A stretch of DNA of 46,481 nt from Patescibacteria group bacterium (GCA_023379125.1 JAMCSY010000006.1:1-46481), one strand, 5' to 3'; counted from the first letter of the stretch, positions 10,639 to 19,470 are shown. The notes: generated by a model from the letters alone, not told the origin. Program-made: numbers and translations.

Positions 10639-11784
10639 ATGAGAAAGCTGAAATTTTCAACTAGGCAATCAGGTTTTTCTCCAATAATATTACTAGTAGC
10701 TGTGGCAGCTTTGGCAGGGATAGGTTATGGAGTCTACTATGCCTTACATCACAATTTTTTAATGTGGAATAATACCTCACCGGTTGTCCCTACAATTACA
10801 CCTCAAGTTACTCAAGCTGTTGATGAAACAGCCAACTGGAAAATGTATACAAGCACTGAGTATGGCTATTCTTTTAAATATCCATCTGACCTTGAGGTTT
10901 TAAATTTGAAGGAGGTCGATAATGATCCAATGCTTAACGTAATAGAAGTTAGTTACAACAAAACACCGGTTATGACTTTTAGCTATTTCGCAAATCCAGA
11001 TAATTTAAGTTTGCAAGAACTTGATAAAAAAATTACGACTTCTCCAAGTTCAAACAGTTATCTAGTTCCTGACTTGTATTCTCAAAACGATGAGGATGTA
11101 ATTTTAGATAATGGATTAAGCGCTAGGTATAGAGCTCGATATATTTGTAAGCCAGCACTATGCCAAAGATACATAATTTCTAGTTCTGGTAAGGTAGTAG
11201 CTGTAACCGTATTTCCCAATGGGACTGATGATGCAAGAACTATTCTTTCTACCTTTAAATTTTTAGATCAAAAGCAAACTGTAGATACTTCCAATTGGAA
11301 AACATATACAAATACAAAATATGGTTTTTCTCTCAAGTACCCCAATAATGTAACCGTCACGAAAGAAAATTCAGGACCTGCTGCTCGTGGTATTACTTCA
11401 GTTAGCACTGGAATTGATGCTGTAACGCTGACCATTGATACCAAAAGTTGCGAACAAGGCCGAACTGGTTGTATGAGGTTAATTCATGTTGGAGTTTCCG
11501 ATGATACTGATAAACTAACTTTAGACCAGATAGTAGAAAAAGATTTCTCATCATCAAATTTCGTACTAACTAGAGATTTTCAGAAAATGATTATTGGCGG
11601 TGAATCAGCGTTGATATCGATTAATGGTTTACCTGCTTTAGAATACTCTGCAGGAGCTTTTGTAGTTCACAACAATAAATTTTATGAAATTACGGTAGAT
11701 ACTTATGGAGTCACTTCATCTCAAAATGATGAATCTTTTAATCTGCTTAAACAAATTATTACTACCTTTAAATTTACTCAATAA
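10639..11784 (+). CDS. Membrane-anchored protein with two tandem PsbP-like domains and a pilin-like N-terminus
   Basis: QSG|FSPIILL leader plus TM. Two repeats, each starting NWKxYT..YGxSxKYP and ending I(L/I)xTFKF. Confidence 0.8.
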   Translation: MRKLKFSTRQSGFSPIILLVAVAALAGIGYGVYYALHHNFLMWNNTSPVVPTITPQVTQAVDETANWKMYTSTEYGYSFKYPSDLEVLNLKEVDNDPMLNVIEVSYNKTPVMTFSYFANPDNLSLQELDKKITTSPSSNSYLVPDLYSQNDEDVILDNGLSARYRARYICKPALCQRYIISSSGKVVAVTVFPNGTDDARTILSTFKFLDQKQTVDTSNWKTYTNTKYGFSLKYPNNVTVTKENSGPAARGITSVSTGIDAVTLTIDTKSCEQGRTGCMRLIHVGVSDDTDKLTLDQIVEKDFSSSNFVLTRDFQKMIIGGESALISINGLPALEYSAGAFVVHNNKFYEITVDTYGVTSSQNDESFNLLKQIITTFKFTQ

Positions 11785-11961
11785 TTTTAGCTACCTTCTT
11801 TTGCCGTCATATTAAACTTAGTTCAGAATCTAAACTTCAGAAAATTCTGAAAATAGTTTAGAAAGGCAATTAAGTACTGGTTTAACTAATCCAGAACATT
11901 AAGCTATTTTCTTCTTGGTTTTAAGTGCCTAGTATCCTAAAGTTGATATATTTGATCACTC

Positions 11962-12013
11962 TTGACTGTCCGTGAAAAATGGTAGAGAATGGTTAAAGAT
12001 GGTGAAAAAAGGC
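11962..12013 (+). promoter_or_regulatory. dcw promoter with a putative MraZ operator (ATGGT direct repeats at 10-bp period)
   Basis: TTGACT at 11962-11967. ATGGT at 11979, 11989 and 11999, degenerate AAGGC at 12009. MraZ is known to bind 10-bp-spaced TGG-core repeats upstream of its own gene. Confidence 0.75.
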
Positions 12014-12056
12014 AACTGTTTTGCCTGAAATTGTCTAAAATACCTGCCCAAATATC

Positions 12057-12452
12057 ATGTTTTTGGGCGAGTATCAAACCACATTTTCTGGTAAAGGCAG
12101 AATTGTTCTCCCGAGGAAATTTCGGGAAGAGTTAGTTGATGGCAAAGAAATTGTTTTAACTAGAGGTCTTGATGGTTGTATCTGGGGGTTTGAGAGTAGT
12201 GCTTGGCTTAAACAATCAGAAGCGCAACTGGCTATACCTGTTACGGAAAAAGAAGGTCGAGATTTAAGAAGATATCTCTTTTCTGCAGCTGAACAGGTGA
12301 AGTTAGATGAGCAGGGTAGATTTGTAATTCCAGCTCAATTAATTCTCTATGCTGGGATTAAAGATAAGGTAATGATTATTGGTGCTGGTGATCATTTTGA
12401 AGTTTGGGATAAAAAGTTGTGGCAGATAGTGATCAAGGAGATCGTTAAATGA
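12057..12452 (+). CDS. mraZ: Transcriptional regulator MraZ
   Basis: MFLGEY..KGRIVLP, LDEQGRFVIP and IIGAGDHFEVWD: two SpoVT/AbrB repeats at the head of the dcw cluster. Confidence 0.95.
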   Translation: MFLGEYQTTFSGKGRIVLPRKFREELVDGKEIVLTRGLDGCIWGFESSAWLKQSEAQLAIPVTEKEGRDLRRYLFSAAEQVKLDEQGRFVIPAQLILYAGIKDKVMIIGAGDHFEVWDKKLWQIVIKEIVK

Positions 12453-12498
12453 ACTACCACCTAGCAAATCTGCGGGGTATCTTATGAAACAATGAAAA
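12446..12498. repeat. Degenerate palindromic intergenic element, copy 1
   Basis: TAAATGAACTACCACCTAGCAAATCTGCGGGGTATCTTATGAAACAATGAAAA aligns ungapped to 12940-12992 (41/53 identical by hand count). Confidence 0.7.
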
Positions 12499-12596
12499 AA
12501 GTTAAAATAACTAAAAAAATTACTCATAAAACAACAAAAGTAAAAGCTGGTTTTTTTGTAGCCTTGTTTAAGTTTTGGTTATCACCAGTGAGGTAA
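12492..12596 (+). CDS. Putative 34-aa basic/hydrophobic small protein (not in the ORF track)
   Basis: ATG...TAA encoding MKKVKITKKITHKTTKVKAGFFVALFKFWLSPVR; ends 2 nt before the ftsL ATG. Confidence 0.35.
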   Translation: MKKVKITKKITHKTTKVKAGFFVALFKFWLSPVR

Positions 12597-12598
12597 AT

Positions 12599-12946
12599 AT
12601 GACTATTATCAATAATATCTCTCATCGAGGAGATAATTTGTTAACTCAAAATCAAGAGACACCTAAGATCCTTACCAGGGTTAAATGGTTAAGGGTGGCC
12701 TTAATTAGTCTGGTTTTGCTTTGTGTTTTGGAGATTTGGATTACTAGTAGATTGGCAACTTATGGCACAAAAGTACAAGAAATCCAACAAGCAACAGCCA
12801 GATTGACTTTAGAAAATCAGATCTTGGAAAGTAAGATAGCAGAGAAATCATCTTTGGCAAATTTGGAAAAAACTGCTTCAGTTTATGGTTTTGCCCCTAT
12901 GAAAAATTTTGATTATATTACTCCACAAAAACTGGCTGCTAAATGA
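12599..12946 (+). CDS. ftsL: Cell division protein FtsL-like
   Basis: Short cytoplasmic N-terminus, one TM, then a coiled coil (LTLENQILESKIA..SLANLEK). Directly upstream of ftsI; GTGAGGT SD before ATG 12599. Confidence 0.75.
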   Translation: MTIINNISHRGDNLLTQNQETPKILTRVKWLRVALISLVLLCVLEIWITSRLATYGTKVQEIQQATARLTLENQILESKIAEKSSLANLEKTASVYGFAPMKNFDYITPQKLAAK

Positions 12947-12992
12947 ACTACCATGCAATAAAGCTGCTGGGTATTCTATAAAATAATAAAAA
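12940..12992. repeat. Degenerate palindromic intergenic element, copy 2
   Basis: TAAATGAACTACCATGCAATAAAGCTGCTGGGTATTCTATAAAATAATAAAAA; see copy 1. Confidence 0.7.
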
Positions 12993-13037
12993 CTTATATC
13001 TCTTTGGTGTGGTATATTCAGAAAGTAGCTATTCAAA

Positions 13038-14756
13038 ATGAGGCTGAAAATATTAAAAGTTGCCTATTTTGTGATTCTGTTTGTGATCGTGGTCAGATTA
13101 TTTTATTGGCAAGTCCTGCGCTTTGATGACTTGGCAGCTCTGGCTGATGAGCAGCATCTAAAAAGTTCTACAGTAGAGGCTCCGCGGGGCCAAATCTATG
13201 CTAGCGATGGAGCGATTTTGGCAACTAATAAACCCACTTTCTTGCTGTATGGTGAACCTAAAGTGGTGGAAAATATTAATCAAATATCTGAACAGCTAGC
13301 CAAAATCATCTACCCACTAAGCTTGACTCCAGACCAAACGGCTGACCCTGTGCAACTAAATGCTTTAACTGATCAATATAAACAAGATCTGACAAAAGAT
13401 TTATATTGGGTGCCACTGGCGCGTGATTTGTCAGCAGATACGAAGACTAAAATCGATCAACTTAACTTAACAGGTGTCGGTTTTGACAATGAGCTTAGCC
13501 GTTTCTACCCTGAAAGTTCCTCAGCAGCGCATATTCTTGGATTTGTGGGTAAAGATTCGTCGGGTCAGCAAACAGGCTATTTTGGAATAGAAGGTTATTA
13601 TAATGGAGATTTGAAGGGTATTCCTGGGATAACCACGGAAGAGCAAGATGCCAACGGGAGAACGATTCTAAGTGGTACTTATGATGAGAAGGAGCCAAGA
13701 CCAGGTCATGATTTGACTCTTAACTTGGATCGTACAGTTCAGTATTTCGTTGAAAAAAGACTAAAGCTAGCAATGGAAAAATATGGGGCAAAGTCTGCCT
13801 CAGCGGTCGTGATGGATCCTAAAACTGGAGCAATTTTAGCGATGGCCTCTTTTCCTAATTACGATCCTAACAACTACTATGATTTTTCTAAAGATGCTTA
13901 CAAAAATCCAATTGTGGCAGATTCTTATGAGCCTGGTTCAACTTTTAAAGTTTTGATGATGGCCGCAGCAATTAATGAAGGCGAGGTAACAGCTGACACG
14001 AGGTGTGATATTTGTGATGGTCCAGTCAAGATTGGCTCATATTATATCCGAACATGGAATGATCAGTATTTAGGTGATCTTACAATGGACCAGGTGATTA
14101 TTCATTCAGATAACACAGGTATGGTTTTTGTAAGTCGCAAGCTCGGACTAGATAAACAATATCAATATATTCAAAATTTTGGTTTTGGGAATTTAACTAA
14201 TATTGATCTCCAAGATGAAATGAGTCCAGAAATCAGACCTAAGGAGCAGTGGCATGAAATTGATCAAGCGACGGCTTCTTTTGGGCAAGGCATTGCAGTG
14301 ACTCCAATCCAGCTAGTCAGAGCAGTTTCGGCAATCGCCAACGGCGGATACTTAATGGAGCCACATATCGTACATTCAATTGATGTTGATGGTCAAGTCA
14401 GAATAATCCAGCCAAAAGTGATTAGGCAGGTAATCAGTAATCAAACAGCTCAAACTGTTACCCAAATGATGGTTGATGCTGTTAATTTAGGGGAAGCTAA
14501 ATCTTTTGCCCCTCAAGGTTATAAAATTGCTGGAAAAACGGGTACAGCACAGATACCAGTTGCAGGACATTATGATCCCACTAAAACTATTGCTTCTTTT
14601 GTAGGTTTTGCTCCAGCAGATAGTCCACGGTTTGCAATGTTAGTAGTTTTTCAAGAACCATCAGCTTCTGAATGGGGAGCAGAAACAGCTGCACCCACTT
14701 TTTTTGATATAGCCAAAGATTTGTTTACCTACTATAATATTCCTCCGCAAATGTAG
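13038..14756 (+). CDS. ftsI: Class B penicillin-binding protein (FtsI)
   Basis: RGQIYASDG, EPGSTFK (SxxK), HSDN (SxN) and KTGT motifs; dcw position. Confidence 0.93.
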   Translation: MRLKILKVAYFVILFVIVVRLFYWQVLRFDDLAALADEQHLKSSTVEAPRGQIYASDGAILATNKPTFLLYGEPKVVENINQISEQLAKIIYPLSLTPDQTADPVQLNALTDQYKQDLTKDLYWVPLARDLSADTKTKIDQLNLTGVGFDNELSRFYPESSSAAHILGFVGKDSSGQQTGYFGIEGYYNGDLKGIPGITTEEQDANGRTILSGTYDEKEPRPGHDLTLNLDRTVQYFVEKRLKLAMEKYGAKSASAVVMDPKTGAILAMASFPNYDPNNYYDFSKDAYKNPIVADSYEPGSTFKVLMMAAAINEGEVTADTRCDICDGPVKIGSYYIRTWNDQYLGDLTMDQVIIHSDNTGMVFVSRKLGLDKQYQYIQNFGFGNLTNIDLQDEMSPEIRPKEQWHEIDQATASFGQGIAVTPIQLVRAVSAIANGGYLMEPHIVHSIDVDGQVRIIQPKVIRQVISNQTAQTVTQMMVDAVNLGEAKSFAPQGYKIAGKTGTAQIPVAGHYDPTKTIASFVGFAPADSPRFAMLVVFQEPSASEWGAETAAPTFFDIAKDLFTYYNIPPQM

Positions 14757-14850
14757 TTAAGTTCTATCAAGGGATGCTTAAAGTTAGAGCGCTATTTTCA
14801 TAATCCCCAAAATAAGATCCTACTGGCCAAACTATGTAGGGATTCATATA

Positions 14851-16074
14851 ATGACAGCAATGATTAGTGATCTAAAAGATAGTATTCCCCACCCGCTAAT
14901 AAATTACGGGAAACATCTACCCCTGGCGATGTTAGCTAATCTTAAACATGGCTTCCCTGGTAAAAAACTTCATGTTATAGGAGTGACAGGTACAGATGGA
15001 AAAACCACCACTACTAATATGATTTATCAAATTCTCAAAGATGCAGGTTTGAAAGTATCAATGATCTCCACAATTAATGCAGTCATTGCTGGTAAAGTTT
15101 ATGACACAGGATTTCATGTTACTAGTCCAGATGCTGAACAGCTACAAAGCTATCTTAAAAAATCTCTCTTTGCAGGAGATGAATATGTTGTATTAGAGGT
15201 GACTTCTCACGCTTTAGATCAGTTTCGTGTATGGGGTATTAATTTTGAGATTGGTGTGATTACAAATATTACTCATGAGCATTTAGACTATCACAGTAAT
15301 CTAGATAATTACTTACTAGCAAAAGCAAAATTGATTAAAAATACTAAATGGGCTGTGCTCAACAAGGATGATAGTAATTTTATAAAGCTTTCTCAATTGA
15401 CTAAAGGTAAAGTGATTAGTTTTAGTACTCAGAAAAACGCTGACTATAACTTAACAAGGTATCCTTTACAGCTACAAATCCCTGGTGAATATAATCTATC
15501 TAATGCCTTGGCAGCGGCTAGTGTAGCTTCGATCTTAGGTCTAGATAAGAAGCTTATTAAAAAAAGTCTGGAAAATTTTAAAGGTTTAGTAGGCAGGATG
15601 GAAGAAATTCCTAATAAGAGAGGTGTGAAGATTGTTGTTGATTTTGCCCATACACCAAATGCACTACAAGAAGCTTTGCAGACCTTACGCCCCAAGGGTA
15701 GTGGTAGATTATTTGCTGTTTTTGGCTGTGCTGGAGCAAGAGATGTAGGAAAAAGACCCCTGATGGGAGCCATCGCGGCTAGACTGGCAGATGTAATTGT
15801 CTTAACTGATGAGGATCCGAGATTTGAAAACCGTGAGGTAATTATTGGCCAGATAGCTCGAGGAGCTATTGAGGAAGGTGCTATTGAAGGGGTGACTCTT
15901 TTCCGTCAGCCAGAACGAAAAAAGGCGATCAAATTAGCAATAGAAATGGCTAAAAAAGGTGATGTAGTTGGCATTTTTGGTAAGGGGCATGAAAAATCAA
16001 TGAATTACCGTGGAGTAGAAGAAGAATGGTCAGATCAACAAGCGGTAAAGGAAATATTGGTCCATGGAAAATAA
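14851..16074 (+). CDS. murE: UDP-MurNAc-tripeptide synthetase MurE (short, lacking the usual N-terminal domain)
   Basis: GVTGTDGKTTT, LEVTSHAL, TNITHEHLDYH, VDFAHTP, DEDPR and GKGHE motifs. Confidence 0.92.
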   Translation: MTAMISDLKDSIPHPLINYGKHLPLAMLANLKHGFPGKKLHVIGVTGTDGKTTTTNMIYQILKDAGLKVSMISTINAVIAGKVYDTGFHVTSPDAEQLQSYLKKSLFAGDEYVVLEVTSHALDQFRVWGINFEIGVITNITHEHLDYHSNLDNYLLAKAKLIKNTKWAVLNKDDSNFIKLSQLTKGKVISFSTQKNADYNLTRYPLQLQIPGEYNLSNALAAASVASILGLDKKLIKKSLENFKGLVGRMEEIPNKRGVKIVVDFAHTPNALQEALQTLRPKGSGRLFAVFGCAGARDVGKRPLMGAIAARLADVIVLTDEDPRFENREVIIGQIARGAIEEGAIEGVTLFRQPERKKAIKLAIEMAKKGDVVGIFGKGHEKSMNYRGVEEEWSDQQAVKEILVHGK

Positions 16075-16672
16075 TCCCAACTTAAGCTCAAGTCAGTATA
16101 AACTGCTTGTGGCAGAATTAGGTGAGCTAAGGGTAAAAAAAGCGATAAATTTGGATGATTATATAGAGAGGCGAGTTGGTCTGGAAGTGCCTGCTTTATT
16201 TATTGCCACTACCATTCGTGAGCTAATTAGAGCGATAGATCTTTGCAAAGAACTTAATATTACTTTTCGAGTGATTGGCTCGGGTAGTAAAATTAACCAA
16301 ACAGATTTTGATGGTGTGGGATTAGTGATTAAGAATCGAGCTGATAATTTGAAAATTTATGGTATCAAAGGTAAAGTATCACGGAGTGGTTTAGGAATTG
16401 AAGAAGCTTTAATTGAGGCTGATGCGGGAGCTAGTCTAGATAGGCTAGCACAATATAGTATGAAGCAAGGTCTAGGTGGTCTAGAAAGCCTGCTTGGTTC
16501 TCGGTGCACTGTAGGTGGCTCATTACTAACTCAGATAGTGGTTAGGGATAATACTCATCAAGTAAAGATCTTAAATAATCTAAGCCAGGTGGAAACAGTT
16601 GATATGTTAGAAATAAATCCTCAAAATATTATACTTTCAGTAATATTTAAGCTTAAAGCAAAACAGAATTAA
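16064..16672 (+). CDS. Truncated, degenerate MurB-like FAD-binding-domain protein
   Basis: VIGSGSK (cf. GxGSN), ADAGASL..LAQ..GLGGLE and TVGG match the MurB N-terminal domain. Only 202 aa; no C-terminal catalytic domain. Confidence 0.7.
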   Translation: MENNPNLSSSQYKLLVAELGELRVKKAINLDDYIERRVGLEVPALFIATTIRELIRAIDLCKELNITFRVIGSGSKINQTDFDGVGLVIKNRADNLKIYGIKGKVSRSGLGIEEALIEADAGASLDRLAQYSMKQGLGGLESLLGSRCTVGGSLLTQIVVRDNTHQVKILNNLSQVETVDMLEINPQNIILSVIFKLKAKQN

Positions 16673-16688
16673 GTTTGAATATAAAATA

Positions 16689-17867
16689 ATGGATATTCAA
16701 CAACACCCCCTTTGGAAAAATATCAGTCCTCTCAAAAAGCCAGCCCATTTAATGAGAAATTTTATGGCCAAAAAGATGGCTCAATTATCTTCACGTTCAT
16801 CATTTATTGGGGTGACAGGCTCTGTTGGTAAAAGCACTACAGTCAAATTCTGTCAGGCGGTCTTAAGTAGCAAATACAACACGTTAGCAACAACACCTGA
16901 CCTTTCTCCAATGTTAGCGATCCCTATTTTACTCTCCAAAATGCGCCCAAATGTTAAAAAAGCGGTTCTTGAAATGGGTGCAGAATTACCGGGGGAAATA
17001 GATTTTTATTTATCCTTGGTCCAACCAGCCACAGTTATTGTTACTAGGATTTCATATGCACACAGTCAAAATTTAGGAAATTTGAGCCAAATTACCGAGG
17101 AGAAGGGGAAGTTGATAAAACAGTTGCCAAAAAATGGCTGTGCCATTATTAACTATGACGATATACATTCGCGTAAATTAGCTAACTTAACTGAAGCAGA
17201 AGTTATTTACTATGGTACAGACTCACGCGAGTGTGCAGTTTGGGCGAGTAATATTCGTGTTGAAAATTTACAAACAGTTTTTGAATTAAACTATGGGGTG
17301 GAAAGAATTGAGATTAAACTCAAGATGTTAGGTCGGCATTTTGCATACGCTGCCCTAGCCGCGGCAGCTTTAGGTCTCAGTTGTGAGATGACGTTGGTAT
17401 CAATCAAAAAAGGCCTAGAATCAATTGAACCTCAACAACATAACTTGCAACTCTTTGAAGGTTTAGGTCCTTGGATGGTACTCGATGATACGATTAGTTC
17501 CTCGCCAGTTGCCGTAGAAGAATCTCTAAATGTTCTTAATGATTTACCAGCTAGACGCCGAATCGTGTTGCTCGGGGAAATGAAGGATTTGGGTGGTTTC
17601 TCAGAAAATTTGCATCGTCAAATAGGGCAACGCATATATAAAGAAAAAATTGATTTGGTTTTGCTAGGTACTGGTGATACCAAATATTTGGCTGACGAAC
17701 TACTAAGTCTGGGTTTTTCTCCAGAAAGGATGGAGGTAAATTTATCTAATTCTCAACTGGTGGCAAATACTTTAAGAGTTGCTGGAAAAGGTGATGTGAT
17801 TTTAGTCAAGGGGTCACGGGCAGTCAGACTAGATGAAGTGGTTAAAAGAATCACTAGGCAAACGTAA
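16689..17867 (+). CDS. murF: MurF-family ligase (divergent)
   Basis: GVTGSVGKSTT, VLEMG, EEKG, LGEMKDLG..H and ILVKGSRAVRLD motifs; upstream of mraY. Confidence 0.85.
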   Translation: MDIQQHPLWKNISPLKKPAHLMRNFMAKKMAQLSSRSSFIGVTGSVGKSTTVKFCQAVLSSKYNTLATTPDLSPMLAIPILLSKMRPNVKKAVLEMGAELPGEIDFYLSLVQPATVIVTRISYAHSQNLGNLSQITEEKGKLIKQLPKNGCAIINYDDIHSRKLANLTEAEVIYYGTDSRECAVWASNIRVENLQTVFELNYGVERIEIKLKMLGRHFAYAALAAAALGLSCEMTLVSIKKGLESIEPQQHNLQLFEGLGPWMVLDDTISSSPVAVEESLNVLNDLPARRRIVLLGEMKDLGGFSENLHRQIGQRIYKEKIDLVLLGTGDTKYLADELLSLGFSPERMEVNLSNSQLVANTLRVAGKGDVILVKGSRAVRLDEVVKRITRQT

Positions 17868-17890
17868 ATAAACTAACTACAATATAGGAT

Positions 17891-18913
17891 ATGGTACAAC
17901 TATTGAGCCTAATTATTGTTTCGTTCTTTATTTCTGGGTTAATTTTAGTTCCTTTTATTGATCTTTTGTTTCACTTAAAACGTCGCTATAAAAAAGGCCA
18001 GATGAGCCGTGCTCAAAAAGTGGCTGATAGTTCCACTCCAATCCATAATCAGCTTCTAGCAGGTAAGGATGTAGATACACCGGTTGGTGGAGGTATTATA
18101 GTGATTTTAGAAATGATTATTCTCAGCGCACTTTCGCTATATTTAACTTTACATCGGCTAAATATTGATATTGTGGTCTTAATAGTTACTGTTTTGATGT
18201 TTGGTATGATTGGTTTAATTGATGACCTGAGAAAAATATTTATTTCCTTCAGTGGAAAATACGCAGGGATTAAGGGGCGTGCAATTCTAGTCTTGCAAAT
18301 TTTATCGGCCTTAACAATTTCCTTGATGCTTTATTTTTTTGTCGGATTAAATAATATTTATATTCCGGTGATAGGCAATATTGTACTAGGTTGGTGGTAT
18401 ATTCCTCTATCAATGTTAGCTATTATCTCTTTTGCTAATGCCTATAATGTTTCGGATGGTATGGATGGTTTATCGACTGGTTTACTGACAATTTGTTTGT
18501 TTGCTTTTTTGGCTTTAGCAAACACCGTATTAAATTTAGATCTAGCTATTTTTGTAGGAGTTTGGATCGGAGCTTTAATTGCTTATTTGTATTTTAATGT
18601 TTATCCAGCAAGGGTCTATTTAGGTGATGCGGGAGCTTTTGGGTTTGGAGCAACTTTAGCAGTAATAGGATTGTTGACAGGGAAGATTTTGGGGTTAGCA
18701 GTGATTGGTGGCATGTTTGTGATTATTATTGGCTCTTCACTTCTGCAAATTATCTGGAAAAGATTTTTAGGTAAAAAATTATTCGCAGTAGCCCCTATTC
18801 ATATGTATTTTAAATATAAAGGCTGGGAAGAGCCTAAAATCGTTGTCAGATTTTGGCTTGCTGGTGGAATTTTTGCCATACTGGGTTTATGGTTAGCTCT
18901 ACTCTCTAAATAA
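17891..18913 (+). CDS. mraY: Phospho-MurNAc-pentapeptide transferase MraY (divergent)
   Basis: About 10 TMs; TPVGGG, GLIDD, NAYNVSDGMDGL, FNVYPARVYLGDAG and WEEPKIVVRFW motifs. Confidence 0.9.
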   Translation: MVQLLSLIIVSFFISGLILVPFIDLLFHLKRRYKKGQMSRAQKVADSSTPIHNQLLAGKDVDTPVGGGIIVILEMIILSALSLYLTLHRLNIDIVVLIVTVLMFGMIGLIDDLRKIFISFSGKYAGIKGRAILVLQILSALTISLMLYFFVGLNNIYIPVIGNIVLGWWYIPLSMLAIISFANAYNVSDGMDGLSTGLLTICLFAFLALANTVLNLDLAIFVGVWIGALIAYLYFNVYPARVYLGDAGAFGFGATLAVIGLLTGKILGLAVIGGMFVIIIGSSLLQIIWKRFLGKKLFAVAPIHMYFKYKGWEEPKIVVRFWLAGGIFAILGLWLALLSK

Positions 18914-18987
18914 CCTAAGCTTCGCTTATTTAATTATTACACTTCTTTGACAGGTTACATATAGAAAAATACTGATAATTAATAGTT

Positions 18988-19470
18988 ATGAATAATACTG
19001 AAGAGGATAACTATAAAAAACGACCGTTATGGCAATGGATTATGATCTACTCGATTATTGGGGGAATAATTTATTTTGCAGCATATTACTTTGTACTAAA
19101 ACCGCCACATAACTACAATATTCCAGTAGTAGGCTGGTCCCAACCTCAAGAAGCAGTCCAGCAGCCAATTCAGCAGTTAACGCCTATGCAAAATAACGAT
19201 ACTAAAAATGTGGTTATACTGGATTCAAGTGGTTTTTCCCCTGCCACACTGACCATAAAAGCTGGATTTACTGTGATTTGGAAAAATAATAGTGGACAAA
19301 GTGCCACCGTGAACTCTGATCCTCACCCTATTCACACTGACTACCCACCTTTAAATTTAGGAACTTTTCCTAACGGTGGTACACTGCAGCTAACATTTGA
19401 TAAACCAGGAACTTATGGTTACCATAACCACCTTAATCCCAATGAAAAAGGTACAATAATAGTACAGTAG
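18988..19470 (+). CDS. Membrane-anchored cupredoxin-fold protein
   Basis: TM helix, then GFSPATLTIKAGFTVIWKN...FDKPGTYGYHNHL..GTIIV plastocyanin-like pattern. Confidence 0.85.
   Translation: MNNTEEDNYKKRPLWQWIMIYSIIGGIIYFAAYYFVLKPPHNYNIPVVGWSQPQEAVQQPIQQLTPMQNNDTKNVVILDSSGFSPATLTIKAGFTVIWKNNSGQSATVNSDPHPIHTDYPPLNLGTFPNGGTLQLTFDKPGTYGYHNHLNPNEKGTIIVQ

Noticed and set aside
11829-11862. AT-rich hairpin (TCTAAACT..TCAGAAAATTCTGA..AGTTTAGA) upstream of the dcw promoter as a terminator or ncRNA
   Set aside because: Weak AT-rich stem, no U-tract, no recognisable RNA family.
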